From a virus (taxonomy: Duplodnaviria; Caudoviricetes), in IMG/VR virus record IMGVR_UViG_3300024999_000121, positions 1-57,865 of that record: 57,865 nt of DNA; one strand, 5' to 3'. Position 1 is the stretch's first letter. Every line of letters begins with the position of its first letter. A program made the position numbers and the translations under genes. The notes under the pieces are model-generated. The model saw only the letters and a program-made list of their open reading frames with translations. It did not search any database and was not told where the DNA came from. Shown here piece by piece: positions 18,625 through 27,033 of the stretch.

Positions 18625-18720
18625 TTTCCTGAAAGTGTCCCTTATACAGTGTGTGTTAGGGAACTAAGCCAATACACACTGTATTAAGACAAGCAATATC
18701 GAAAGGTAGGTGAGTAATCC

Positions 18721-18978
18721 TTGGGATGTGCAATGGAAAAATTCTCAGACGGATCAACAATATTTTGGTGCGGTAGCGGCATCGACCCCTGCTCTGTATG
18801 CGGTGATATCTCAACAACCTTATGCGATTATCCGGTCGGTCAGCGCAAAACATGTGATCAACCACTTTGTGAAAAGCACTCCATTAAGCAGGGTGCAGAA
18901 TGGCAAGATATTCATTTTTGCCCGGTGCATGTTCTTATCGCTAGGGGATTAGTTAACGAAGGGGATGAGTGGAAATAA
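18721..18978 (+). CDS. Cys-rich hypothetical protein
   Basis: LCDYP...TCD.PLC..H...FCPVH. Confidence 0.6.
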   Translation: MGCAMEKFSDGSTIFWCGSGIDPCSVCGDISTTLCDYPVGQRKTCDQPLCEKHSIKQGAEWQDIHFCPVHVLIARGLVNEGDEWK

Positions 18979-19290
18979 ATGCAAGCTATAAAAATGAACA
19001 TTGGCGGTATCAAGTGCGACAACAAAGAATGCAACTTCAAGGACATGAGTGTCCAATTCGAGGACTACTATAAATGGCTAAATAAGCCTTGTCCTAAGTG
19101 TGGAAGTAATCTATTGACTCAACAGGACTACGACACGGTTAAAATATTAATTGACCTTACTGCGATAGTAAATGAGGAAGTTTCAGACGTTGATGAGGGT
19201 GAGCAATTATTCAAGATGTCGGTTGAGTTTAATGGAACGAGTAGGGTTGTGTTTTCGGATATTGAACCGATTGAGAAGGAGGGGGAATAA
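18979..19290 (+). CDS. Zn-ribbon hypothetical phage protein
   Basis: GIKCDN..C, WLNKPCPKCG. Confidence 0.7.
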   Translation: MQAIKMNIGGIKCDNKECNFKDMSVQFEDYYKWLNKPCPKCGSNLLTQQDYDTVKILIDLTAIVNEEVSDVDEGEQLFKMSVEFNGTSRVVFSDIEPIEKEGE

Positions 19291-19292
19291 CC

Positions 19293-19598
19293 TTGGAAGG
19301 AAGAAGTAGAAAACCCATGACAAGTGGAGTAGGGGCGATGATAAATAACACCAACTACAAAGACATCGGCATGAATAACCATGATGAGTTAAAAGAGTTT
19401 GTAAATGGAGAGCTTTACCTTAACAACACAATCGTCAATACTTGTCTCAAATTCTACAGAAGCGGCGACATATCATATGAAAATGCACTCCTGAGGGCTA
19501 TTGTACATTTAGCCGAAAGATCGGATGCTTTACAAGATGATTTAGTTAAGCGAATAATGCGTGAATCACCCTCAAATGCATGGAGGGATATAAAATGA
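19293..19598 (+). CDS. hypothetical protein
   Basis: ORF in operon, start uncertain. Confidence 0.5.
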   Translation: MEGRSRKPMTSGVGAMINNTNYKDIGMNNHDELKEFVNGELYLNNTIVNTCLKFYRSGDISYENALLRAIVHLAERSDALQDDLVKRIMRESPSNAWRDIK

Positions 19599-20056
19599 AC
19601 TGCCAAACCTGCGCAACTCCAACTAAATACACAACTGGCTTCTGGGACGGAGAATGCGGTACATTTGGACAACTATTTGATTGTCAAAATCTCAACTGTA
19701 AGACAAAGCAGGACAAAATAAAAGACGCTGAATCTGAGGAAGAAAAAAGACAAGCAGTAGTCAAAGCAAACGCCAGGAACGAAGTGCAAATGATATCGAT
19801 CAGGTCCAAAAGAAAAGAACTGCAGATAACTATCTCAAAGATGGCTAAGTCGCTTGGCATATCTCCTTCAGATTATAGCAATTATGAGCAGTGCAGAGTT
19901 GCATTGCCTGTGGAGATGGCGGAGAGGATTGAGGGTATGTTTAGGGATAATGAGGTCAGGGCAATAATGAATCCCAGCGTAGAGGGTGACCCTGTTTTAC
20001 CGGAAAAGTTAATCAAAACTATGCGTAGAGTCGGAAAGGAAGCGTTGGATAAATGA
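19595..20056 (+). CDS. Zn-finger + XRE HTH protein
   Basis: IRSKRKELQITISKMAKSLGISPSDYSNYE. Confidence 0.75.
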   Translation: MNCQTCATPTKYTTGFWDGECGTFGQLFDCQNLNCKTKQDKIKDAESEEEKRQAVVKANARNEVQMISIRSKRKELQITISKMAKSLGISPSDYSNYEQCRVALPVEMAERIEGMFRDNEVRAIMNPSVEGDPVLPEKLIKTMRRVGKEALDK

Positions 20057-20289
20057 ACGAAAAGGAAAAGCAAAGATGCTACATGTCTTTAGTGGGTTGC
20101 TATTGGTTAAGTGTTCATCAGGATCTACGTCCTTGTCGGGGGTGCGATGAGGAGCATCTCCAATATATTGCAGATAAGGAGGAAACGTGGTTCTTTAATG
20201 ATAAGCCTAACGAAAAAGATTTCTTATGGTTTAATCCTAAAGACGGGAAACTGATAATCGGGCATAGTGAGGATAGTGATAATGGCTAA
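20053..20289 (+). CDS. hypothetical protein
   Basis: ATGA-coupled ORF. Confidence 0.55.
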   Translation: MNEKEKQRCYMSLVGCYWLSVHQDLRPCRGCDEEHLQYIADKEETWFFNDKPNEKDFLWFNPKDGKLIIGHSEDSDNG

Positions 20290-20569
20290 ATACCAGCACT
20301 ACAAAGGTGGCATCTACACGTTGATAACCCTCGCTGTCCATACTGAAACCGATGAAAGACTCGTGATATATTGGGATAAGGAGGATTTAGTATTCGCTAG
20401 ACCCTAGGATATGTTTTTTGGTAAGGTTAAGGTAGGGGTAATGAGTGTACCGAGGTTCGCGGAGATTAAGCCAAAGGAGATTGTTCCTGCAGTAAGCACG
20501 AATCTTGTTAAGCCTAAAGAAAACTACATGAGTAATCTGCTGAGGAAATACGGGAGGAATAAACCATGA
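20282..20569 (+). pseudogene. DUF1653-family gene with in-frame TAG at 20405
   Basis: YQHYKGGIY...HTET.E.LVIY...ARP*DMF...VPRF. Confidence 0.75.
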
Positions 20570-20772
20570 CATACGGAATTAGATTTAATCTATTTTTCAA
20601 AAGTCAGATAGAAAAGACAAATCAAGAGAAGATTGAGGCGTTGAAACAGTATTCAGTTGGCGATGCGTTAACCTTACTAAGGAATATCGAGGAATCACCT
20701 AGAGAGTTCGACGGGGAGATAATTCAAGGGGTTTATGCTTGTTTATTTGATAAAGGTATTATGTGCATGTGA
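20566..20772 (+). CDS. hypothetical protein
   Basis: RBS GGAGG, 68 aa. Confidence 0.6.
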   Translation: MTYGIRFNLFFKSQIEKTNQEKIEALKQYSVGDALTLLRNIEESPREFDGEIIQGVYACLFDKGIMCM

Positions 20773-20792
20773 TGAGTAGGGAGAAATAAGCG

Positions 20793-21110
20793 ATGAAACA
20801 AGAAATAACAAAAGAGCAACTAGAATCTCTTCCAATGACCAAACTGGATAAACTTCATGATTACTGGTTTAGAGGAACGTGGACCGAAAGGAATGCCTTG
20901 AAATATTGCATTGAGGTAAAGGGGATTTGCGTTCCTGTTTTAACGATTGGGCAATGTATTGAATTCCTGCGTGACAAGGCAGAATAGGAAACGGATGGAG
21001 GCTTAGAAAATGTTTCGCTAACGGAACCGAGTTTAGCTATTAGCTGGAACGAGGAAGCATATCCAGAGTTGGCAGATGCTTTGTGGGGCGCAGTTAAATC
21101 GATATTGTAG
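20793..21110 (+). pseudogene. phage protein with in-frame TAG at 20985
   Basis: Frame continues after TAG to ELADALWGAVKSIL*, matching the paralogue's end. Confidence 0.7.
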
Positions 21111-21119
21111 GGGGTAAAA

Positions 21120-21487
21120 ATGATGAGACAACGGATAATGGCTGATCAACTCCAGCAACTCTCTCCTGACCAACAAAACTGAGGGAATGGTGGTCTATTC
21201 ACCAACAGCAAGGCGATGTATTTATTTGTCTTGGTAATGACTTTTTAAGCGGAAAAGAATTTGTATGGGATGGAGGCGGCAATCCTCTAAGCCAATCCGT
21301 TCCGCTTCTATCAATCGGACAATGTATCCAAATTATAAAGAATGGTAAAAAATCTTTTATTATTGATATTTTTACAAACTCAGTTGAGTTGTACGACACC
21401 CATAGAAGTCTGGAAAATGATGAAAGTTTTTCTAAGGGAAGAGAGCTTATGGACACACTTTGGCAAGCAGTCAAGAAAATATTGTAG
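21120..21487 (+). pseudogene. frameshifted paralogue of 20793..21110
   Basis: MRQRI..DQLQQLSPDQQ then shifted frame KLREWW...PLLSIGQCI...ELMDTLWQAVKKIL*. Confidence 0.7.
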
Positions 21488-21499
21488 GGGGAATCCACT

Positions 21500-21691
21500 G
21501 TGTTAACTAAATATTGCAAATGGTTTTGCACAGAATTCATCGACGACAACAAGTGGCTTTTTGAAAGCAATTGCGGCGAAAAGCGTGTAGTATCAAGGAA
21601 TGAAAAATTTTATAAGCACATTCATCGTGATGACGATCTTAATTTGTGCCCAAAGTGTGAAAAGCCTATTACGGTTGGTGAGTTGATGTGA
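21500..21691 (+). CDS. Cys-rich hypothetical protein
   Basis: CKW, CG, CPKC.KPI. Confidence 0.6.
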   Translation: MLTKYCKWFCTEFIDDNKWLFESNCGEKRVVSRNEKFYKHIHRDDDLNLCPKCEKPITVGELM

Positions 21692-22131
21692 TTAATTTTA
21701 GGGTGGTGAAGAAGTTGAATCTATTACCATGTCCTGAATGTGGAAATAAGCCAAATCTAGTTTCTTGTGAACCAGAACATCAAAGTATGAAGTATTTTTG
21801 CGGTGTTCACATTTCTTGCGGAGATTGGAAAAGTAGCGAAGAACTAGCTGGTGAGGATTGGAATAAGCGCGTGCAGGAGTACGAATCATCTAAACAACGG
21901 GATAATAAAAAGGAATTTAACAACATTTCTAATCTGGAAATAATTCAGCAAGGCAGAATGAAAACATCCATATCCTGCGATAACTGCGATTACGAAACGG
22001 GCCTCATGGAACAGAGGGATGCTGTGTTTAGAATTAATATGCATGGTGGGTATTTTATGTTCGACGGAGAAGGCGGGCCGGATAGTAAGTGTCCTGGTTG
22101 TGGACTTAACTCATTATGCACAGAAAGTTAA
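21688..22131 (+). CDS. Lar-like (restriction alleviation) Zn-finger fusion protein
   Basis: LLPCPECG...CG...A.EDWNKR plus second Zn ribbon. Confidence 0.55.
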   Translation: MINFRVVKKLNLLPCPECGNKPNLVSCEPEHQSMKYFCGVHISCGDWKSSEELAGEDWNKRVQEYESSKQRDNKKEFNNISNLEIIQQGRMKTSISCDNCDYETGLMEQRDAVFRINMHGGYFMFDGEGGPDSKCPGCGLNSLCTES

Positions 22132-22154
22132 TATTGTGGGGAGGATTAAGAGGG

Positions 22155-22355
22155 ATGGCAAGAAAGTTATTTCAATGCGAAAAGTGTAATTCAGTTCACG
22201 CTTCAGAGAAGGAAGCTGATAGGTGCGAATCAACCCATTTGGAGCCAGAAAAACAAGAGTTAGTATTTAGTGAAAAAGATAGGAAATCAGAATATCCTTC
22301 AGAAGTTAAGTTATGGTTTAATAAGAAGTGCGTTACCTATACTAGACAGCAATAA
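22155..22355 (+). CDS. small Zn-finger protein
   Basis: FQCEKC...A..CE..H. Confidence 0.6.
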   Translation: MARKLFQCEKCNSVHASEKEADRCESTHLEPEKQELVFSEKDRKSEYPSEVKLWFNKKCVTYTRQQ

Positions 22356-22366
22356 ATAACACAAAC

Positions 22367-22392
22367 AAATACCATCCAACTCGGATGGTATT
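22367..22392. terminator. hairpin between convergent units
   Basis: AATACCATCC-aactc-GGATGGTATT. Confidence 0.6.
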
Positions 22393-22532
22393 ATCTATTC
22401 CAGGTACCAACGTTCGGATATTCTACCTCCCCCACTCTCCCCTGCTCAACTCATCTCTGTCCAAATGCCCTCTTTTGCACAATCTACAAGGATAGGAGGG
22501 AGGCTACCCGAACAATCGGCTATATAATGTCG

Positions 22533-22667
22533 CTATAACGTTCGCCTAACTCTATAACCCTTCTTGCGCTTCTTAGGTTGGAATACTGGAACAGCCTCAC
22601 GATGCTGAGGCAACATAAAAATAAATAAGAGTGGACCGAATACAATCGCTAAGGTAATCCATGTCAC
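22533..22667 (-). CDS. 44-aa membrane peptide with basic tail (absent from ORF track)
   Basis: GTG overlapping RHH stop, RBS AAGGGGG; MTWITLAIVFGPLLFIFMLPQHREAVPVFQPKKRKKGYRVRRTL. Confidence 0.6.
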   Translation of the reverse strand: MTWITLAIVFGPLLFIFMLPQHREAVPVFQPKKRKKGYRVRRTL

Positions 22668-22879
22668 GCTTGTTCCCCCTTTGACATTGCTAACTTTATC
22701 ACAAGGGAGCGCAATCGGTCAGCCTCTTCCTTCAATCGTTCTGTTTCTCCTAGTAATTCTGAGCAGGCTAAATTAACTGCAGCATTACGTGAGATCCCGC
22801 AGCCCTTTGCATAAGCATCTAAATCCTTCAAGAGTGGGGTGGAGAAGTGAATTAGTGCCGGCTTCTTTTTCTTTTCCAT
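22664..22879 (-). CDS. RHH/CopG-like repressor
   Basis: ALIHFSTPLLKDLDAYAKGCGISRNAAV; RBS GGGAGG. Confidence 0.75.
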   Translation of the reverse strand: MEKKKKPALIHFSTPLLKDLDAYAKGCGISRNAAVNLACSELLGETERLKEEADRLRSLVIKLAMSKGEQA

Positions 22880-22893
22880 GGAGCAACCTCCCT

Positions 22894-22910
22894 TATATCA
22901 AGTTGATATA
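22894..22910. promoter_or_regulatory. palindromic operator TATATCAAGTTGATATA
   Basis: Perfect 8-1-8 inverted repeat upstream of RHH gene; related TATCAACTTGATA at 22990-23002. Confidence 0.6.
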
Positions 22911-22938
22911 TGTTTATGGGAGTTTGCAGGAAATATGA

Positions 22939-23493
22939 CTAGCTTTTGCTGAAGAATTTCCACCAGGGTTTTTTATTGCGTTGCTGCTGTATCAACTTGA
23001 TATCGTTGAGCTTCTGTAGCACTTCAGCGTCTCTGCTCTCTGCGCTCCTGCGGCTATCCTCAGCTTTCTCGTAGAGCTTTACGAATCCTTTATCGAATTC
23101 TGCCCTCATGTCCTCAAGTTCATCTTGAAGTTTGAGTATAATGTGGTTCTGTTTAGCTAGTTCTTCGAGTAGAGTATGGCGGATATTCTGCGCTAAATCT
23201 TCCTGTTGTACTACTTTTGTTCTGTTATTTTCCATCAACTCGGTTGAATTAGGTATAGCGTATCCATACTTTTTGTCAAGGTCCTGCTTTATTTGCTCGT
23301 AATCAAGCCCATCTTTATAATGCTTGGCAACGAGCAGGAATAGTTCAATATTTGACTCATCATACTTACGGTGTCGGCCTTCTCCTGATACTTTTAGATA
23401 TTCTTCAAAGCGATCACGGTAGAAGGCAGCAAGGCTTGCTCCGATTCCAACTCTTTCCGCTATCTGTTTTAGGGTTAAATCCATGTTATGCAC
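22939..23493 (-). CDS. MerR-type HTH + coiled coil + KPWWKFF tail; pSK1 Par/RacA-like segregation protein
   Basis: LTLKQIAERVGI...GEGRHRKY; long coiled coil; amphipathic C-terminus. Confidence 0.7.
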   Translation of the reverse strand: MHNMDLTLKQIAERVGIGASLAAFYRDRFEEYLKVSGEGRHRKYDESNIELFLLVAKHYKDGLDYEQIKQDLDKKYGYAIPNSTELMENNRTKVVQQEDLAQNIRHTLLEELAKQNHIILKLQDELEDMRAEFDKGFVKLYEKAEDSRRSAESRDAEVLQKLNDIKLIQQQRNKKPWWKFFSKS

Positions 23494-23656
23494 AACCTTT
23501 CCTGTGGATAACTTATTAATAAGATAATATGTAAAGGTTATTTATGAGTAGTTATTTATGTATGTAGATCTGTTCATTTTGATCAGACGGCCTGTTCATT
23601 TTGATCAGGCGTTGCCTGTTCATTTTGATCAGACGGTTTCCTACCCCTGTGGATAA
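23486..23656. other. plasmid-type origin: DnaA boxes, AT-rich repeats, three 17-bp iterons
   Basis: TGTGGATAA at 23503 and 23648, TTATGCACA at 23486; GTTATTTATG x2; CTGTTCATTTTGATCAG at 23570, 23592, 23616. Confidence 0.8.
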
Positions 23657-23668
23657 GTCCTGAAACCC

Positions 23669-24064
23669 CTATAGATGCTCACTATTCTTCTCTAAATAGG
23701 CATTCCATAGCTCGTTAAGTTTGCCATAATCTATGGTGTACCACTTAGTATGGTCGCCTTTATCTCCATTTAATTCTACACTTACAACTACCCCTAATCC
23801 CTCAAGATCTTTTATCATCCTCCTGATTGTCATTGCCGACCACCACGGGGACTGTTTGTGCCATTGCTCATAAGTATTCCATACCCATCTCCTACGCTCT
23901 ATAATGACCCCTGACTCCGTGTTGAGCCAATAGTGTAACTTCTGCACAAAGACAGCCTTATCAAGCCCCAGAACCTTAACTAGCCTCTCCTGAATAACAA
24001 CCAAGTGCCCGTCATGTATGAGTAGGTCAGACTTGTACTCTGTTGACATTTTTGGAATTTGCAC
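23669..24064 (-). CDS. short winged-helix replication initiator
   Basis: LGLDKAVFVQKLHYWL...WVWNTYEQW..QSPWWS..TIRR...TKWYTIDY = N-terminal domain of Firmicutes phage/plasmid initiators. Confidence 0.8.
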   Translation of the reverse strand: MQIPKMSTEYKSDLLIHDGHLVVIQERLVKVLGLDKAVFVQKLHYWLNTESGVIIERRRWVWNTYEQWHKQSPWWSAMTIRRMIKDLEGLGVVVSVELNGDKGDHTKWYTIDYGKLNELWNAYLEKNSEHL

Positions 24065-24097
24065 AATAAAAAAACTCCTGTCTAATCAAATTAAAGG

Positions 24098-24205
24098 ATG
24101 ACAGAAGTAGGAATGTGTTTTATACTAAATTAAAGCACATATAGACTCCTGTCGGGGGCCTCTTCGAACAATCACTTTGGCGGTGGGTAGTTCGGAGAGG
24201 TTTTT
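24098..24205 (+). ncRNA. antisense copy-control RNA (ctRNA) with own promoter
   Basis: ATGACA-17-TATACT; hairpin CCTCTTCGAAC/GTTCGGAGAGG with TTTGGCG loop and T tract, antisense to rep leader. Confidence 0.7.
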
Positions 24206-24247
24206 CCTTTTCTCCCTAATTCGACAGGTTGAATCTATTATCCTACC

Positions 24248-24361
24248 TTAGCTAAAAAAATAAGTAACGAACTCATGGAGATACCGAGGATCGAGTATGG
24301 TCAGGTCATTATCAACGACTATCCACTTAAAGAATCCGCCTAAATCCATTTCAATAATCAT
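24248..24361 (-). CDS. 37-aa peptide upstream of rep
   Basis: RBS AAGGAAGG; MIIEMDLGGFFKWIVVDNDLTILDPRYLHEFVTYFFS. Confidence 0.4.
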   Translation of the reverse strand: MIIEMDLGGFFKWIVVDNDLTILDPRYLHEFVTYFFS

Positions 24362-24518
24362 CCGCAAACCTTCCTTTCTTATCCCATGATACAATATCCC
24401 TCCTTTGTATTAAGGGGGTAACAAAAACTATATTTCCGACTATATATTTCCTTATGTGCATAAATGTACAAAAAGAAGAGAGTATCCGATGTATTGCGAT
24501 TGGATACTCTCTAAATAT

Positions 24519-24902
24519 TCATTTAGACTTCATTTTTTTTATAGTCTCTAGGAGATCGCGGAGGAATATGGGGTCAATTTGCTCGTTGTACAAGTCCTTT
24601 GCCAACATAGCGTATGGCAAGCTTTCCTGTTTGGCGAAGAACTCTATTACATCATCCGGTAGATCAACGTTGTTTAACTCGGTGAGTTTACGGAGAGACA
24701 TGATGTTGTTGTCTAGGAGATAGGCAGAGTCAACTCCAAGCGCTGTAGCTACTTTTTCCAATGCCTTAATCGACATGTTGCTTTTTCCTGTTTCTGCATC
24801 AGACAAATAAGACAAGGAAAAACCTGTTAAGTCGCGCAGATCGGCAAGCGTCATTCCTCTTACAGTTTCTCTTATATATCTAATTTTGTGACCATAGTCC
24901 AT
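24519..24902 (-). CDS. XRE-family immunity repressor
   Basis: HTH MTLADL...SLSYLSDAETGK; divergent from cro-like gene. Confidence 0.85.
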   Translation of the reverse strand: MDYGHKIRYIRETVRGMTLADLRDLTGFSLSYLSDAETGKSNMSIKALEKVATALGVDSAYLLDNNIMSLRKLTELNNVDLPDDVIEFFAKQESLPYAMLAKDLYNEQIDPIFLRDLLETIKKMKSK

Positions 24903-25127
24903 TTTACATATCCTCCATCCATGTAAAGTATTATCTAATTATTAGTATTCTCATTTACACATGTTCGTTATAACTGAAACTAAATATTTTTACAATTATT
25001 CCGAAATAGGCTATATTTATGCTTGATTTATCGCCGTCACCGATATATACTAAGCATATGTTATAGATTAATGGTCTAGAACTCCGAAACCAAGTATTCG
25101 GTATTACTTTAAAAGGGGGTGGATGAA

Positions 25128-25325
25128 TTGACAATCGGCAGCCAAGTTCGTAAATATCGAAATAAGAAAGCATGGACATTAAGCGAGCTTGGGGAACGCG
25201 CAAAGCTCAAGGGTAACACTCTGAGCGATATTGAAAATGATAAGTGCGATCCAAGTTTAAGGTCGCTAAGAAGGGTAGCTGAAGCCCTTGAGATCGAAGT
25301 TGCCTGCCTGTTCCAAACGGTGTAA
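25128..25325 (+). CDS. Cro-like XRE regulator
   Basis: WTLSELGE...TLSDIENDKCDPSLRSL. Confidence 0.85.
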   Translation: MTIGSQVRKYRNKKAWTLSELGERAKLKGNTLSDIENDKCDPSLRSLRRVAEALEIEVACLFQTV

Positions 25326-25738
25326 ATCTTTCTTTTTTATTTTACTATTTAAAAAGTCCATTAACCTTAATCAAACCTTCCGATTGCCTGACCAGCAAAT
25401 AGAAGGGAGTCAATTACCTTTATTTTATTTAATGGATTTGGCATACTTCCAGTCAATCAATACGGACCAGGTATTGATAAGCCGAAAGTACGCCGAATGA
25501 GCAACATTGCTCTGAGTAATTTTTCGTCCCACCACAGAACGATTCAGGTACTTCAATACCTGCATTAAACACCGCCGTAGTCCATAGGGCTTGTTTGCTA
25601 CGCTCTTGTTTAACTGTGTTCAGTTTACACTATAAACAATAGCTTGACAAGAGGTTTTTCAATTAATTTATGACAAATTTGCAAAAAAGTATTAGAAAAA
25701 GTATGTTTTGGAAACGTTTCGTCAAGGAGGGGAAGGTA

Positions 25739-26002
25739 ATGGAGAAGATTCTAGTAGATGAATTCAGACGGTTGACAGGCTTTAACGGTGGCGATATTGC
25801 CGCTAAGTACAATGTTAGTCGGCAGTTTGTCCATCAAGTATTGAATAATTACTCGTTAACACATAGGGCGAGTTCGGCATTCTTCCTTAACTCAATGATC
25901 GGAGAACAGATTTCATCACTGAGAAGACAGATACAGGACTTGGAGTTATTACAGGTCAATATTGAGGGTAGCGTAACGAATAGGGAGGACAAGCATGAGT
26001 AA
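25739..26002 (+). CDS. small HTH protein
   Basis: DIAAKYNVSRQFVHQ; RBS AAGGAGG. Confidence 0.65.
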   Translation: MEKILVDEFRRLTGFNGGDIAAKYNVSRQFVHQVLNNYSLTHRASSAFFLNSMIGEQISSLRRQIQDLELLQVNIEGSVTNREDKHE

Positions 26003-26750
26003 TTTAATTCCGGTTGAATATCAAGGTCAAAGAATTCTTACGACTTCACAATTGGCCGAGTCGTATGGGACGGACAACAAACACATATCTGACAACTACG
26101 TCAACAACTCATCAAGGTACACCATCGGGAAGCATCTATTCAAATTAGAAGGAGAAGCACTATCTAGGTTCAAAGAAGGGTATCCGAAAATTTCCGATAG
26201 CCTTAAATTTACCTCAATCCTTCTGCTCTGGACAGAAAAGGGAGCATGGCTCCATGCCAAATCTCTCAACACTGACAAAGCATGGGAAGCGTATGAGATA
26301 TTGGTCGATGATTATTACTCAGTCAAGAAGTCGTTACCTAAATCAAACGTACCGAACGAAGCACAAATGCTAAGAGCACAAGCAATGCACAAAAACGCAG
26401 TTGCGGCACAAGCAAAGCTAATGAAGGAAATTGCATCAGAGTTCCAGAGCAAGTTATCCGGCGAAGCTGTTCAACTTCTACTAGGTGGAATTACCGAACT
26501 TCTAATGGGCAGGCCACTTCTCCCGATGCCGACGATTGATAAAACTTACACAGCTACGGAGATTGGCGCAGCATTGGGAGTTACCTCAACTAAGATCGGC
26601 AAGTTAGCAAATGCGAACAATCTCAAAACGGATGAGTATGGAATTACTGTGCTGGACAAGTCCCCATATAGCAGTAAGCAGGTTCCGGCGTTTAGGTATA
26701 ACGAATGTGGGTTTGAGAAGCTGAGGGAGTTAGTGGGTGAATCGGAGTAA
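25995..26750 (+). CDS. ORF6N-domain antirepressor
   Basis: EYQGQRILTTSQLAESY...LWTEKGAWLHAKSLNTDKAWE; C-terminal YTATEIG. Confidence 0.85.
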   Translation: MSNLIPVEYQGQRILTTSQLAESYGTDNKHISDNYVNNSSRYTIGKHLFKLEGEALSRFKEGYPKISDSLKFTSILLLWTEKGAWLHAKSLNTDKAWEAYEILVDDYYSVKKSLPKSNVPNEAQMLRAQAMHKNAVAAQAKLMKEIASEFQSKLSGEAVQLLLGGITELLMGRPLLPMPTIDKTYTATEIGAALGVTSTKIGKLANANNLKTDEYGITVLDKSPYSSKQVPAFRYNECGFEKLRELVGESE

Positions 26751-27019
26751 TGGTGGATATCGAATTCGATGAAGAAAAACCATTATCAGAAGAAAGCCGC
26801 GTTCACCTAATCGAAGGAGCCATAAAGCACAGAACGCAAACTGAAAGTATACCAAACCTAAAAGGTTTTACCGAATATCTACTAAGGAGTCTTATGAATG
26901 ACGAATGCCTACGCTGTCAACTCTGCAAATCAAACATGGGGAAATGCAACGGTAAGCAAGGCGGAAATCCGTGCTTGATGTTCAAGAAGACTAAGGTTGT
27001 TCATTTTGAAATCAAATAA
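26750..27019 (+). CDS. hypothetical protein
   Basis: coupled ORF, Cys cluster. Confidence 0.55.
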   Translation: MVDIEFDEEKPLSEESRVHLIEGAIKHRTQTESIPNLKGFTEYLLRSLMNDECLRCQLCKSNMGKCNGKQGGNPCLMFKKTKVVHFEIK

Positions 27020-27033
27020 AACCGAGGTGAATC

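Noticed and set aside
21168-21185. Programmed -1 frameshift
   Set aside because: CAACAAAAC is not a canonical slippery heptamer and no stimulator is evident
25425-25565. 46-aa reverse ORF after cro
   Set aside because: Weak RBS and no recognisable motif
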